From Planctomycetota bacterium (GTDB lineage: Bacteria > Planctomycetota > B15-G4 > SIAN01): a stretch of DNA of 64,000 nt. Below, one piece after another: positions 18,638 to 29,418 of the stretch (position 1 is the first letter of the stretch; each line of letters opens with the position of its first letter). The translations under genes were made by a program, and so were the position numbers. The notes under the pieces were generated by a model. It saw only the letters and a program-made list of their open reading frames with translations, was not told the DNA's origin and made no database searches. The stretch is from positions 202,370 to 266,369 of the forward strand of contig JANQQL010000050.1 of NCBI GenBank assembly GCA_028289345.1. Reading direction: 5' to 3'.

Positions 18638-19750
18638 ATGACCATGTCTCGATGGCTTCTGGCCGCCTGCCTCGCAGTGGCCGCTTGCGCGAACGACGAA
18701 CGATCCGTTTCCGCGACCGACTCGGTTCCGGCAGCGATGGCCGCTCCGGAAACTCTTTCCGTGGCCACCCTGGCAGGGGGCTGCTTCTGGTGCGTGGAGG
18801 CCCCCTTTGAAAAGGTTCCCGGAGTCGCGTCCGCGGTCTCCGGATACACCGGCGGGCACGTGAACGAACCGACCTACGAGCAGGTTTGCGCCGGCACCAC
18901 GGGCCATACCGAAGCCGTACAGGTGTTCTACGACCCCTCGGTCATCCGCTACGAAGACCTGCTCGAGGTGTTCTGGCGACAGATCAATCCGACCGATGCG
19001 GGTGGCCAGTTCGCCGACCGCGGCACCCAATACCGGACCGAGATCTTCTATCACGACGAAGCTCAACGAGTCGCCGCAGAAAAGTCGCGTGCCGCGTTGC
19101 AGGCGTCCGGCCGCTTTGACAAGAAGATCGTCACGGCGATCACCAAGCTCGAAAAGTTCTACGACGCCGAGGACTACCACCAGGACTACTACAAGAAGAA
19201 GCCCAGTCACTACCAGCGCTATCGCACCGGCTCCGGTCGCGACCGTTACCTGGACTCGGTGTGGGGCAAGGATCGCCAGGTGAGTTTCTCCACGCCCGCT
19301 TCTGCCTCGAAGAAGCTCCCCACGAAGGACGAGTTGAAGAAGACCTTGACCGAACTCCAGTACCGGGTGACCCAAGAGGACGGCACTGAACCGCCTTTCC
19401 GCAACGAGTACTGGGACAACAAAAAGCCCGGCCTGTACGTCGACATTGTGTCTGGGGAGCCGCTGTTCAGCTCCACGGACAAGTTCGATTCGGGCACCGG
19501 CTGGCCCAGCTTCACCGCTCCCGTGGCGGAACAGGCCTTGGCTTTCCACGAAGATCGCAAGCTTGGCTACGTGCGCAGTGAAGTCCGCAGCGCGGTCGCC
19601 GACTCGCACCTGGGGCACGTGTTCCCCGACGGTCCCGAGCCCACGGGCTTGCGCTACTGCATCAACTCCGCCGCCCTCCGATTCATCCCGGTGGCCGAAC
19701 TCGACAAAGAGGGGTACGGCAAGTACCGCGAACTGTTCATCGAAGACTGA
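18638..19750 (+). CDS. msrAB: Peptide methionine sulfoxide reductase MsrA/MsrB fusion, probable lipoprotein
   Basis: [35 protein letters not shown]; lipobox-like LAVAAC. Confidence 0.95.
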   Translation: MTMSRWLLAACLAVAACANDERSVSATDSVPAAMAAPETLSVATLAGGCFWCVEAPFEKVPGVASAVSGYTGGHVNEPTYEQVCAGTTGHTEAVQVFYDPSVIRYEDLLEVFWRQINPTDAGGQFADRGTQYRTEIFYHDEAQRVAAEKSRAALQASGRFDKKIVTAITKLEKFYDAEDYHQDYYKKKPSHYQRYRTGSGRDRYLDSVWGKDRQVSFSTPASASKKLPTKDELKKTLTELQYRVTQEDGTEPPFRNEYWDNKKPGLYVDIVSGEPLFSSTDKFDSGTGWPSFTAPVAEQALAFHEDRKLGYVRSEVRSAVADSHLGHVFPDGPEPTGLRYCINSAALRFIPVAELDKEGYGKYRELFIED

Positions 19751-19771
19751 TCTCGACGTTCGTGAAGCCGG

Positions 19772-19831
19772 GATTCATGAGCACCGTGGGCCAAGGCGAT
19801 GGACCCCGGTCCGCAACGGTGTTCATGAATC
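19772..19831. terminator. Long inverted repeat between convergent genes
   Basis: GATTCATGAGCACCGT ... ACGGTGTTCATGAATC (15 of 16 complementary). Confidence 0.5.
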
Positions 19832-19869
19832 AACGGCGACGACGAATCGGGTCCTTCGCCGTCCTCTGA

Positions 19870-20457
19870 TCAGGCCGGTGCGTCTTCGATGACGGACGCG
19901 TGGCGGGCCCAGCGGGTGTTCGGATAGTCCTGCTGCAACCGACCCCACCATTCCTTCAGCGGCGCCCAGTCCATCTTGCCGGCGAGAAACCCGGAGATCC
20001 CGGTCCAGTACATGGTCTCGGCCATCACTTCGGTGCTCTTGCTTTCCTTGGCGATGGCTTCGAAACGCTGGTAGGCGGTGGGAAAGTCCGTGGCTTGGAA
20101 CGCGGCCGTCGCCTGCACGAAGCGCAGCTCGGTCAAGAAGCTCTCCGGGGGCAACCACCCACAGAAGCGCCGCAGCTCTCGATGACGAGCGTCCGAGAAA
20201 ACGAACGTCGGCGCCCAGATCACCTTTTGCCCGAGGCTGGCTTCCTTGAAGTCCGGATGGCGGGCGCGCAGGTCGATCTGCAGCGCCGCAAAACCACCGT
20301 TCATTGCCTCTTCCACCGCTGAGTCAGGATACGTCACGGTATCCATGCGCTTGCAGCCCAGTCAGCCCTCCGCGTGAAAGAAGGACAGGTGGACTTTGCC
20401 GTCGGCTTCGGCGCTCGCGAGAGAATCGGCCAACTTGTCGAACCAGGAAATCGCCAT
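19870..20457 (-). CDS. Putative selenoprotein: thioredoxin-fold (UxxC) plus TPR-like domain, 195 aa
   Basis: GGAG RBS, ATG 20457, MAISWFDKL...FFHAEG-UGA(20364-20362)-LGCKRMDTVTY in frame with ORF 19870..20346. Confidence 0.85.
20327..20344 (-). promoter_or_regulatory. Candidate bacterial SECIS hairpin
   Basis: GGAUAC-CGUGAC-GUAUCC starting 17 nt after the UGA. Confidence 0.6.
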
Positions 20458-21087
20458 GGGAGTTCTCCGGAGGTGGTGGGCAACTCGAGTCGGGTGAGTC
20501 CGAGAGGTTCTGCCATTTCGCAACTCCCCGGGTCAAGGGGAAGCCGCGGGTGTGAGCCTGCATTATTCAGGAAGGTCGTCGCGAGAATGAGCCAAAGTTC
20601 CTTTGGGCGAGGACCAACAGCAATCACCAACACAGACGTTTCTGAGGGCCCACGGATGAGGGGGCGCGGAGTCTTCGTGGGGACACTCAGATCCGGCCAG
20701 ACATTCGAATCGGGCGGCTCGCAAACCCGGCGAACGGAACCTCCGAGCCTGTCCGGATCAGCAGGCCAAGGGCCGAGGAGGAAATCCCGAACGGTCCCCG
20801 CTCTTGTCCGCGTTCGGGTCACGAGGCCGGGGCAACGAATGACCCCGCACCAGACCGCCTTCCCCATTTGAGGACACGCCGAGTCGGGACGGTCGTTCCC
20901 TGGTTCGGAGATCCCCGATCGGCCGGGAAACCAAGAGCTCCCCGGCGGTGCACGACAACGGACCGCCCGTGGGGGCACCTCGGACCAAGCCAGGTCTTTC
21001 GCGTCGGCGGGGAATGCGGCATTCTCTCGTGCCGGCGACCCCCGGAGTCGCCCGGCACTCACTCTGCTCGCGACGAAGGAACCCCCG

Positions 21088-21705
21088 ATGAAACCGATTC
21101 GACTGCAGGAGCTGGTGAATCAACTCCATCGGATTCCCGAAGCCTCGATCTGCGTGGACAGCGTTGCCGAGGTGCTTGGCTCGGGAGACCTGGCCGAGTC
21201 TTGTTATCGCCCGTTCGTGCAATTCCAGGACGATCACTACACCCGCAACCTCGTCCACCGCAGCGATCTGTTCGACATCATCGTCCTGTGCTGGAAGCCT
21301 GGCCAGGCCACCCCGGTCCACAATCACAATGGTCAGTGTGGTTGGGTCCGGGTGCTGCGCGGCAACATCGAAGAAGTGTCCTATCGTGCCCCCACGCCCG
21401 ATGGAAAACTCGACCCGTTGTGTTTGGACATCGACGATGACGGCGTCGGCCACGGAGTCGAGCTGAACGAAACCGGACGCATCTACGTTCCCGCCGGCCC
21501 GGAGGTTTCCGCGGTCGACCCCGACCGTGCCATCCACTGCCTCGGCAATGCCGACAAGACCCCCGGCGGCGAACCCACCATCACCCTCCACGTCTACTCC
21601 CGTCCCCACAGCTCCTGCCTGACCTTCGACCTGGAAACCAAGACCTGCCGTCGCAAGGAGCTGAAGTACGACAGCATCGAGAAGGCGCTAGCCTGCGAGA
21701 GCTGA
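21088..21705 (+). CDS. Cysteine dioxygenase type I (Arg-type)
   Basis: YTRNL, W.PGQ.TPVHNH, AIH, TLHVYS. Confidence 0.88.
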   Translation: MKPIRLQELVNQLHRIPEASICVDSVAEVLGSGDLAESCYRPFVQFQDDHYTRNLVHRSDLFDIIVLCWKPGQATPVHNHNGQCGWVRVLRGNIEEVSYRAPTPDGKLDPLCLDIDDDGVGHGVELNETGRIYVPAGPEVSAVDPDRAIHCLGNADKTPGGEPTITLHVYSRPHSSCLTFDLETKTCRRKELKYDSIEKALACES

Positions 21706-21927
21706 CGGAGCGCGACGCCCGACCGACACGCCGCCGCGCTCCTTGACCATCCTCGACGACTGGCATCAACCGTTTCCACGTCACCAGCCGTCACCGTTGA
21801 GTGCGAATGTCCGCCCACAAACGGACAATGTAGACGGCCCCAGCACTCGGCCATGCCGGTCCTCACGAGATCGACGAAGTGTCTCTCCGCCGAACCTCGC
21901 TGGGTCGAGTCCAGAGTTGTCGCGGAA

Positions 21928-22677
21928 TCACCCCTCGGACAGTTCCACCTCCACGACTCCTTTGGCGAAACCTTCATAGGCGGACTGGATCTGCTGGGCC
22001 ATCTGGTCCGGCCACACGTGAAACTCCCCGGTGCGGAAGGCTTCCACAACGGCGTCCGCGACCTGAGCCGGCGGCTGAGCAACCTCCGAGAGCCCCGCAG
22101 CATCGCCCATGTCGGTGGCGACCGGCCCAGGGTGGACGCTGAAAACGCTGGTCCCCTGTTCCGCCAGTTGGAACTTCAATGCCTGGGTGACCGCATACGA
22201 GGCGGCCTTCGATGCGCAGTAGGTGGTGAAATCGGGGAAGCACTTCATCGACACGATGGAGTTGAGCTGGACGATCGCCCCACCCCCGTTCTTCTCGAGC
22301 ACCGGGGCGAACGCGCGAACAAGCCGAATGAACCCGTACAGGTTTCCTTCGATCTCAAAACGAAGCGCCTCGAACACGTTGTCGCTGAACACAGTGGCGG
22401 TTTGAAGAACACCCGCGTTGCAGATGAGAATGTCGGTATCGGGCGCCTTGGCTGCCGCGTGTTCCGCCGACCTCTCCTCGGTCAAGTCGAACGGCACCAC
22501 GGTCACTTTGTCCGGGCCGTGTTCGCTCAAGAGGACCTCCGCCGTGGCGGGCGTTCGGACCGCCGCGTAAACCTTGCCAATGCCTCCTTGAACGAGGGCC
22601 CGCACGATCTCTTTGCCGATTCCGCGATTGGCACCAGTCACAAGAGCCGTTCGTCCTGAAATGTCGATCTTTGCCAT
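21928..22677 (-). CDS. Short-chain dehydrogenase/reductase
   Basis: TGANRGIG, NAG, YCASK. Confidence 0.92.
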   Translation of the reverse strand: MAKIDISGRTALVTGANRGIGKEIVRALVQGGIGKVYAAVRTPATAEVLLSEHGPDKVTVVPFDLTEERSAEHAAAKAPDTDILICNAGVLQTATVFSDNVFEALRFEIEGNLYGFIRLVRAFAPVLEKNGGGAIVQLNSIVSMKCFPDFTTYCASKAASYAVTQALKFQLAEQGTSVFSVHPGPVATDMGDAAGLSEVAQPPAQVADAVVEAFRTGEFHVWPDQMAQQIQSAYEGFAKGVVEVELSEG

Positions 22678-22808
22678 CGTCTGGTTCCTTCTGCTGTGTT
22701 GATGTTTCGATTCGGATCCACCGTTCCCCCTGCGGCGATCGCCGTCGCGCCAGCACCGCGACGACATTCAACTCACGGGAGGAACCAATGGGGTGCGTGG
22801 TCAAGAAC

Positions 22809-23468
22809 TCATGACGCGCACGGGAGAGCCTCCGCCAACTCGGCGAGCGAATGGAATTCCGAGCGGGGAGACACATGCGGATACGGGAACTCTGTTCGTG
22901 ACCGGTTGATCCACCATGCAGACAGCCCTACCGCTGTCGCGCCGGCAACGTCCCAGGCGTTCGAAGACACGAATGCAATCTCACGCGGCGCGCCGCCAAT
23001 CAGAGCCTGCAAGTACTCGTACGCATGCGAGTGCGGCTTGAAAGTTCCACTTGGCGCGGTCGATTCGACTCGGTCGAGTTGTTCTTCGAGTCCGCTGGCG
23101 CTAACACTGGTCGCGAGCATGCCGGGATTCGCGTTGGAGAACACCACCCGCTGGAAACCGCGCTCCCCCAGTTGCGTCAAACACGACACCGCGTCGGAGT
23201 ACGGCGAAACCCGGCGGTAGGCCACGAGTAGCGCCTCTGCCTCCGCGGTGGAACGGCTCACGGCTCGCGCAGCACGATCGGTGACAGCCCAGAAATCAGG
23301 CTCCGCTCCGGTCATCATCTCGACCCAGGCGTACTCCAGTTGCCGTTCGCGCCATTGTTCCGCAAGACGCTCCGAATCACGGGTCTGGCCGACCACGGAC
23401 CGAACCGAAGCCATCAAGTCGAAGAGTGTTCCATAGGCGTCGAAGACGACCACTCTCCCTGAACTCAT
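22809..23468 (-). CDS. Haloacid dehalogenase type II
   Basis: FDAYGTLFD, W...QLEY, SN, FKP, VSSNAWD. Confidence 0.88.
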   Translation of the reverse strand: MSSGRVVVFDAYGTLFDLMASVRSVVGQTRDSERLAEQWRERQLEYAWVEMMTGAEPDFWAVTDRAARAVSRSTAEAEALLVAYRRVSPYSDAVSCLTQLGERGFQRVVFSNANPGMLATSVSASGLEEQLDRVESTAPSGTFKPHSHAYEYLQALIGGAPREIAFVSSNAWDVAGATAVGLSAWWINRSRTEFPYPHVSPRSEFHSLAELAEALPCAS

Positions 23469-23812
23469 GAGCCAGACTCCCCCGGATCGGGAATCCTCAA
23501 GCCGCGAACGCAACACCAATCAAGAATGACCGATTGGTCTTCCCCTGTCATCTCGACGAGCAAAGGTGCCACTCGCTGTTCCCACCGCTGATGGATCGAG
23601 GTCGCGTAGTAGGCGTCGATCGCCTGCTGGGACTCGAAAACCTCCAGAAGCGTGAATCGCCAAGGGGCATTGAGATCTCGCTGGGCCGTCACCCGGAGTG
23701 AACCCGGGTGACGGCTGCGATCGAGGGCACTCTCTCGAAGGCGTGCGCCGAACGCATCGGCCTCGGAGGGCTTGGCCACGAACTGCATGAGCACGGTGAT
23801 TTCGTTGTCCAT
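23465..23812 (-). CDS. ABM-family (putative quinol) monooxygenase
   Basis: 115 aa; PG.L...RD...P..F.L.EVFES pattern; ATGA coupling to the HAD gene. Confidence 0.75.
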   Translation of the reverse strand: MDNEITVLMQFVAKPSEADAFGARLRESALDRSRHPGSLRVTAQRDLNAPWRFTLLEVFESQQAIDAYYATSIHQRWEQRVAPLLVEMTGEDQSVILDWCCVRGLRIPDPGESGS

Positions 23813-23887
23813 GAAATGACTCGCAAGACGGCTCCACCCACTCGACTTGCCCCGCTGTCGTGGAAGGGGAGGAGCAAGGCCTCTCGA

Positions 23888-24772
23888 TCAGGCGAGGAAA
23901 TCATTGATGAACAGCGAACAGCACTCCGGAAACTGGTGCTGGGGAGCGTGTCCCGCCATCGGCAAGATTGCCAGGCGGCTATTCGGGATGTGCTTGTACA
24001 GGACGACTTGGTTCTCCAGGGGATAGCAAGGGTCCCGGTCGCCATTGATGATCAAGAACGGTTGCTGGATCTCTGGCATGCGAGCAAACCACTCATTGCT
24101 CGGACTCGCCGCGTCTTCGATGGCAGCCAGGAGGTTGCGCCATGCGGGCTCGGGGACCTTGGGCTCCGCGCCCAGGCGAAGCTGTGCTTCGATCCGGCCC
24201 TCGGCGAGTCGTCCTCGCGCGCGGGAGTCCGAAGACTCCGCGTAGAACAAGATGACTTTGTCTTCCCAGTCCCAATCGGGCTTGGTTGCCGTCGAAAAGA
24301 AGATGTCTTCCGGCGGCTTGGATCCTTCCCCGGCGAAACAACTGGCGCCGCAGAGCACACAGCGCCGGATGAGATCCGGCTCCGTGAGTGCGAGGACCTG
24401 TACCACGTATCCGCCCATCGAGAACGCGAGGAGATCGACCTGCTCGAGTCCGAGTGCCTTGATGAATGCGGCCGTGGACTTGGCAATTCCCGCGGGCGTC
24501 GTGGGAACTTCTCCTGTGGTACTCGAAACCCCTTCGTAGTCGACGAGGATCAGCTGGCGGGAAAGTGCAAGCCTCTCGAGAAACTCCGGATCCCACTCGT
24601 CCATGGTACCCCGAAACCGATTGCAGAAGACCAGTGGCACGGTCCCGGGAGCCGCTTCGCCCATGACTCGGTAGGCGAAGCGCACTCCCTCGGCTTCCAC
24701 GAATTGGTTCGGGACGGGTGCCCTCAACGAGTCGGGTCCCGCCGAAAGAGCTGCAGTGACAGTGGTTGGCAT
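23888..24772 (-). CDS. Alpha/beta hydrolase
   Basis: FRGTMDEWDP, AFSMGG nucleophile elbow, NGDRD, GH. Confidence 0.88.
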   Translation of the reverse strand: MPTTVTAALSAGPDSLRAPVPNQFVEAEGVRFAYRVMGEAAPGTVPLVFCNRFRGTMDEWDPEFLERLALSRQLILVDYEGVSSTTGEVPTTPAGIAKSTAAFIKALGLEQVDLLAFSMGGYVVQVLALTEPDLIRRCVLCGASCFAGEGSKPPEDIFFSTATKPDWDWEDKVILFYAESSDSRARGRLAEGRIEAQLRLGAEPKVPEPAWRNLLAAIEDAASPSNEWFARMPEIQQPFLIINGDRDPCYPLENQVVLYKHIPNSRLAILPMAGHAPQHQFPECCSLFINDFLA

Positions 24773-24997
24773 GGCATCTCCTTGGGTTGAGGTGAGATTC
24801 ACGAGGGACACGAAAAACGGGGCCAACAACCGGACATCGAATCAGAGTATTTGTCCGCCGGTGCCGCGACATTTCCCGCAGAACGGTTCCTTCCCAAGCG
24901 GCGGACACGACGACGGTCGCTGCAGTCCAGGACGGCATCCGCAACAAACACGGACGCAGAGACTTATTGACGCGGAAAGGCCTCCGATGACTCGGGA

Positions 24998-27553
24998 TCA
25001 CGGGCTCTTTCGAGAGCCGAGAGACTCGTACTTGATTCGGGAAGCTTCGGCCTCTTCCTCACGACCAAGGACTCGCATCGTCGCCATGTGATTGCCAACC
25101 ACAATTCGATAGGCCGCGAGTCCCTGGGCCCTTCGAAGCTCAAAGATCTCGATCGCTCGTTCGTAGTCGGCGCCGGCCTGCAACTCCTTCGCCAAGTGAG
25201 AATTGGCGTCTCCGCGCACCGAGTAGGCATGGGCGCACACGACTGCTTCCGATTGGTCGGACGATTCCAGCACGTCGATCAGTCCGGTCGCTTCGTCCAA
25301 CACTCGCTCGGGTTGTCCGGCATCGTTGAGCATTGCCAGGTGGTTGACGCGCATCGCCAGGGTTCGCGGCGCCAGCCGACCGACTTCTTGCGCATAGAGC
25401 GGAATGATTTCCTCCGCCAGCGCTGCGGCCTCGGCATGGCGACCAGACATAGCGACTGCGATCGCTTGATCCGATCGGAGTTTCAGTTCCACCTGGCGGG
25501 ATCCGGTCATGTTCGCGACCCAAAGGTCGAGCGCCTCATCGTAAAGCTCGATGGCCGACTCGAGTTCGCCCTCGAACATCAGCGCTGCCGCCCGCTCCCT
25601 CATGACATAGGTGCGGTGGGGCCAGTCCTCGGGCCGGTAGGTTTCGAGATCCCCCGCGAGTGACAGCAAGAGTGACAGAGCCTCCTCGTGGTCCCCGTTT
25701 CGCCGAAGCCCAAGGGCAAGGACCAGACGAGCACGAATCCCGTCGAGGGAATGGGAAAGCCCTGCTTTCCTGGCCCACTGGACGACTTCGCGTGCGCGAT
25801 CAAGTCCCGCCGCAATCCCTGCGCCACCCAGCAATGCGCGCGCTCGAGCCGTGCCAGCCTGGATCTTCAGGTGCTCCTGGGTCTCCGGGGAACCAAGGGA
25901 CTCGAGCACTCCGACCGCGGACTCCGCTCTCTCCAGAGCTTCGTCGAACCGCCCTTGTCGCTCGAGCAAGCCGCTATATCCCGTCAGCAACTCCGCTCGC
26001 TCGACAGACTCGAGGCCGAACTGCTCTGTCGTTTCCGGATCGCCCTGTCGATAGAGCTCTTCCGCCGTGCGCAGGCTTCCAATGGACGCATAGGCAGCAG
26101 CAAACACCGGTCGAAGGCGGGCTCGCACCCGCGGCGAATCGGCCAGCGCCGTGTCCAAGCTCCGAGCACCTTCCTCCAGAACGTCATCGATCGTGATGTC
26201 GGAACCCATCTCGAATGGGCTTGAAACCGTAATGATGTCAGAAAGGTACGAGGTGGCCGCTTCCATCTCCGCCAAGGCCGCGGATGTGTCTCGCTGCGCG
26301 TCACGAATGCGAACGTAGGCAGCCAAAGCGGCCACCACGACAATCGAGCTGACGAGAACCGCCCCGACACTGGTCGCGACCAGCACGCGATGGCGTGAGA
26401 TGTACTTTCGCATGCGGTAACGACGGGTTGGCGGAGCTGCCACAACCGCAGCCCCTTCCAGACAGCGCTCCAGATCGGCCCGAAATTCTGCGACCGAGGG
26501 GTACCGGCGATCAGGATCCGGATCGATCGCCTTCAGGCAGATCCAGTCGAGTTCGCGCTTTCTGAGGCTTTCCGTGCTGGATCCCGAGCCCTCGGCGCCA
26601 AGAACCTCCGAGGGCGGCGTGGGCAGCGCGTCAGAGAGATAGCGCGCGATGCGATCGACGGACATCGAACGAATCTCTCGCCGGTCATAGGGATGGCGGT
26701 CCGCCATGAGTTCGTAGAGAACCACTCCGAGCGAATATACGTCGCTTCGCTCGTCGAGGTGTCTTGCCGCAACTTGCTCGGGGCTCATGTATTCGAGTGT
26801 GCCGATGGGACCGCGGCGTTCGCCTTCGATGCTCCGCTCGAAGGCCGGAGACTCGAGTTCGTCGGCATCCAGGAGCGCGACCATGCCGAAGTCGATGACC
26901 ACGACCCGTGGCTGGCCCCCTTCGGTCGTGACGAGGAGATTGGATGGCTTCAGATCTCGGTGAAGCACGCCCTTCCCATGCGCATGCTCGACACCGAGGC
27001 AGGCCTGCGCGAAAAGGCGAATGCGCGCGTCCAGGAGCAGGCGGTGCAGCGTTGCATAGTCTGTGATGGACGGCCCATCCGCCAATTCCATGACGATGTA
27101 TGGTCGACCACTGGCATCCGAGCCGGCCTCGAGTGCCCGCATGACATTCGGATGGGAGAGCCTGGCGAGGATGCGTCGTTCGTTGCGAAACCGCCGCAGG
27201 ACAGATTCGGAGTCCATGCCGGGCTTGATGACTTTGATGGCGACCCGGTGCTCGATCGGGCCAGGCCGGACCGCTTCGTAGACATCGCCGAGGCCGCCTT
27301 GCCCGATGCGTCGAACGACGTGGTACTCGCCAATTCGACTTGGCCCTCCGGGCGGGCGATTGGCGGAAGAAACGAGCGCGTGCCCGAGCAGCAGGTCGTC
27401 AGAAACATCGGCGTGCTCGGCCAGGGACCGCAACTCAGCCCCCACCGACGGATCCTCGGTTTCGATGTCGAGGATGAACGCCTCCCGCTCTCGTCCTCGG
27501 AGTCGACTCACCTCGTAGAGTAGCTCACCGATTCGATCCGAGGAGGAAGTCAC
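24998..27553 (-). CDS. Hanks-type Ser/Thr protein kinase with TM and TPR repeats
   Basis: GQGGLG, AIK, HRDLKPSN, DFG, GTLEYMSPEQ, DVYSLG; GTGA coupling to the ECF gene. Confidence 0.95.
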   Translation of the reverse strand: MTSSSDRIGELLYEVSRLRGREREAFILDIETEDPSVGAELRSLAEHADVSDDLLLGHALVSSANRPPGGPSRIGEYHVVRRIGQGGLGDVYEAVRPGPIEHRVAIKVIKPGMDSESVLRRFRNERRILARLSHPNVMRALEAGSDASGRPYIVMELADGPSITDYATLHRLLLDARIRLFAQACLGVEHAHGKGVLHRDLKPSNLLVTTEGGQPRVVVIDFGMVALLDADELESPAFERSIEGERRGPIGTLEYMSPEQVAARHLDERSDVYSLGVVLYELMADRHPYDRREIRSMSVDRIARYLSDALPTPPSEVLGAEGSGSSTESLRKRELDWICLKAIDPDPDRRYPSVAEFRADLERCLEGAAVVAAPPTRRYRMRKYISRHRVLVATSVGAVLVSSIVVVAALAAYVRIRDAQRDTSAALAEMEAATSYLSDIITVSSPFEMGSDITIDDVLEEGARSLDTALADSPRVRARLRPVFAAAYASIGSLRTAEELYRQGDPETTEQFGLESVERAELLTGYSGLLERQGRFDEALERAESAVGVLESLGSPETQEHLKIQAGTARARALLGGAGIAAGLDRAREVVQWARKAGLSHSLDGIRARLVLALGLRRNGDHEEALSLLLSLAGDLETYRPEDWPHRTYVMRERAAALMFEGELESAIELYDEALDLWVANMTGSRQVELKLRSDQAIAVAMSGRHAEAAALAEEIIPLYAQEVGRLAPRTLAMRVNHLAMLNDAGQPERVLDEATGLIDVLESSDQSEAVVCAHAYSVRGDANSHLAKELQAGADYERAIEIFELRRAQGLAAYRIVVGNHMATMRVLGREEEAEASRIKYESLGSRKSP

Positions 27554-28155
27554 GTCAGCTTCCCCGGTGGCGAGAGTCCTTCTTCGGTCAAGGCGCGAGC
27601 GAGCCAGGCCTTCGCGAGCACCCAGTCCCTTCTTGCGGTGCGATCGGAAACCCCCACGGCCCGTGCCGCCTCGATCTCCGACAGCCCGAGAAAGAAACGA
27701 CACTGAACAAGGCGAGCACAGCGAGGGTGCTCCTGTTCCAGCTTGGTGAGTGCGTGGTCCACCAGGAGTTGGACCCGCTCGTCCTTGTCGTCAGATCCCT
27801 GCATGCACTCGTGGAGAGACAGGCGCTCTTGATGGCCACCGCACTTCTGGGCGACCCGCGCCTTGATCCGATCGATGGCAATCTGGCGCATGGCGATCGT
27901 CGCGGCGGCGACAAAGTGAGAATCGGATCGCCAATCGACATCACTCTGACGAGCAGAGAGCTTCAGGTAGACCTCATGGACCAACTCCGTGGGGGCGACG
28001 CTCTGCCCAGGGGGAAGTGTTCGAAGACACGCGTCCGCCCTTGCACGGAGTTCGGAGTAAACGGAAGGAAGTCGAGCCGCCACCACCGACCGCACTTCTT
28101 GAGTGACGTCGGAGAGAAACCGATCGCTCAAAGAAATGGAGCTGTCAGAGTCCAT
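27550..28155 (-). CDS. ECF sigma factor, kinase-associated type common in Planctomycetota
   Basis: VYSELR, PTELVHEVYLKL, HF.AAA..AMRQI, RFFLGLS..E.A...GVS.RT..RDW. Confidence 0.9.
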   Translation of the reverse strand: MDSDSSISLSDRFLSDVTQEVRSVVAARLPSVYSELRARADACLRTLPPGQSVAPTELVHEVYLKLSARQSDVDWRSDSHFVAAATIAMRQIAIDRIKARVAQKCGGHQERLSLHECMQGSDDKDERVQLLVDHALTKLEQEHPRCARLVQCRFFLGLSEIEAARAVGVSDRTARRDWVLAKAWLARALTEEGLSPPGKLT

Positions 28156-28581
28156 GCACGAGATCGTATCCGGCAGTCGACCCCGTTGTTCCCACTGCGA
28201 CACAGCGCTCGGACAGCGACCCATTCTCCTCTGCCGAAAAGCTGACAGGGAGCGCGGAGAATCACTCGCTTTCCCTGAGCGAAGGCGGATCCACGACCCG
28301 GCCGCCATGAAATCCGCGGACCCTCATCCACGTCAACCAGGTCGACGAAACCGGACGCCTTCCTCGAGCCCCGATCCCTAACGACGCGCTTTGCTCCCTG
28401 CCCCGACGTCAAAGTTTCCTGGTTTTGTTGACCCGTGGGAAGCGCGGCAAGCACTGGGAACGTCACGAACGCTGCCCCATGACAGGGTGCGCCTTGCCCG
28501 ATCCCTTGCCATCGTCGGGTGGTCCGTCGTCGTGGAGATCGATCTCGCGGGCCCCCAAGCCTGTTCCCAGAGGAGAAACTG

Positions 28582-29106
28582 ATGCGAATTCCCCTGACTG
28601 CTCTCATTGCCATGGTCTTGTGCGCGAACGCGAGCGCCACCCAGTTCACCGTCTACGCGGGAGAACCCGGTGACCCGGACCACTATCAGATTCACGTGTC
28701 CGTGACGGACAACGGCGGCTGCTCGGACCTCGAGTTCCGAGCGGAGATCACTGACACGACCGGGGTCGACATGACGGTGAACGTGGGACCCATTGACGTG
28801 AAGCGATGCACTCCCTTCCAGGTCAGCTCCATCACCTTCGATGGTGGAGGAACGGGAACTGCGGGGATCTTCAAACTGGTCAAAGCTTTCGGAGTGATGT
28901 GGGGTCAAGTGGACTCGCTCTCGGACCTGAGCTCCAGTTCCTACTTCAAGCCCGACTCCAGCACCGAGTTGGACATCACGGATGGATCTGCGGCTGCAAG
29001 CGTGACCTCGAAAGGCTCTCACTTCCAGCGAACATCGGTCACCGGCCAACCGCTTCCCCGACGAATGCGTCATTCATGGGGGCGCCCGGTTCCGGTCCAA
29101 CGCTAG
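28582..29106 (+). CDS. Secreted hypothetical protein
   Basis: GAGGAG RBS, signal peptide ending ASA, beta-rich mature part with two Cys. Confidence 0.65.
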   Translation: MRIPLTALIAMVLCANASATQFTVYAGEPGDPDHYQIHVSVTDNGGCSDLEFRAEITDTTGVDMTVNVGPIDVKRCTPFQVSSITFDGGGTGTAGIFKLVKAFGVMWGQVDSLSDLSSSSYFKPDSSTELDITDGSAAASVTSKGSHFQRTSVTGQPLPRRMRHSWGRPVPVQR

Positions 29107-29418
29107 CCCCTGCGCAGGCGCCTTCCGTTCGGTCCCTTTGTGAACGGCCCCGCCGGGCGCAAGGGGGCTTCGGTTGGCGGTGGAGCCGATCGATGCGACC
29201 GCGGTGAATCGCCACAAAGATCACGGAATCTCGCTTCTCCCTTCCAGACACTGCCGAACAGAAGCGAAGAAACGCCAAAAACTTCCCGAACATCGTGGGA
29301 TTGACCGTCTTCCGTGAGCGATCTTGCTCACTGACATTGGCGCAGGCACGCTCCCTTTCTACAATGACGAATGTCCGAGGCTCGAGGTCTTTCGCTCCCC
29401 CCTCGAAAGGAGTCCGTC

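Noticed and set aside
21088..21705. Mammalian-type Cys-Tyr crosslink in the CDO
   Set aside because: In HNHNGQCG the position equivalent to Cys93 is Gly, as in ordinary bacterial CDOs; the Cys is one residue earlier
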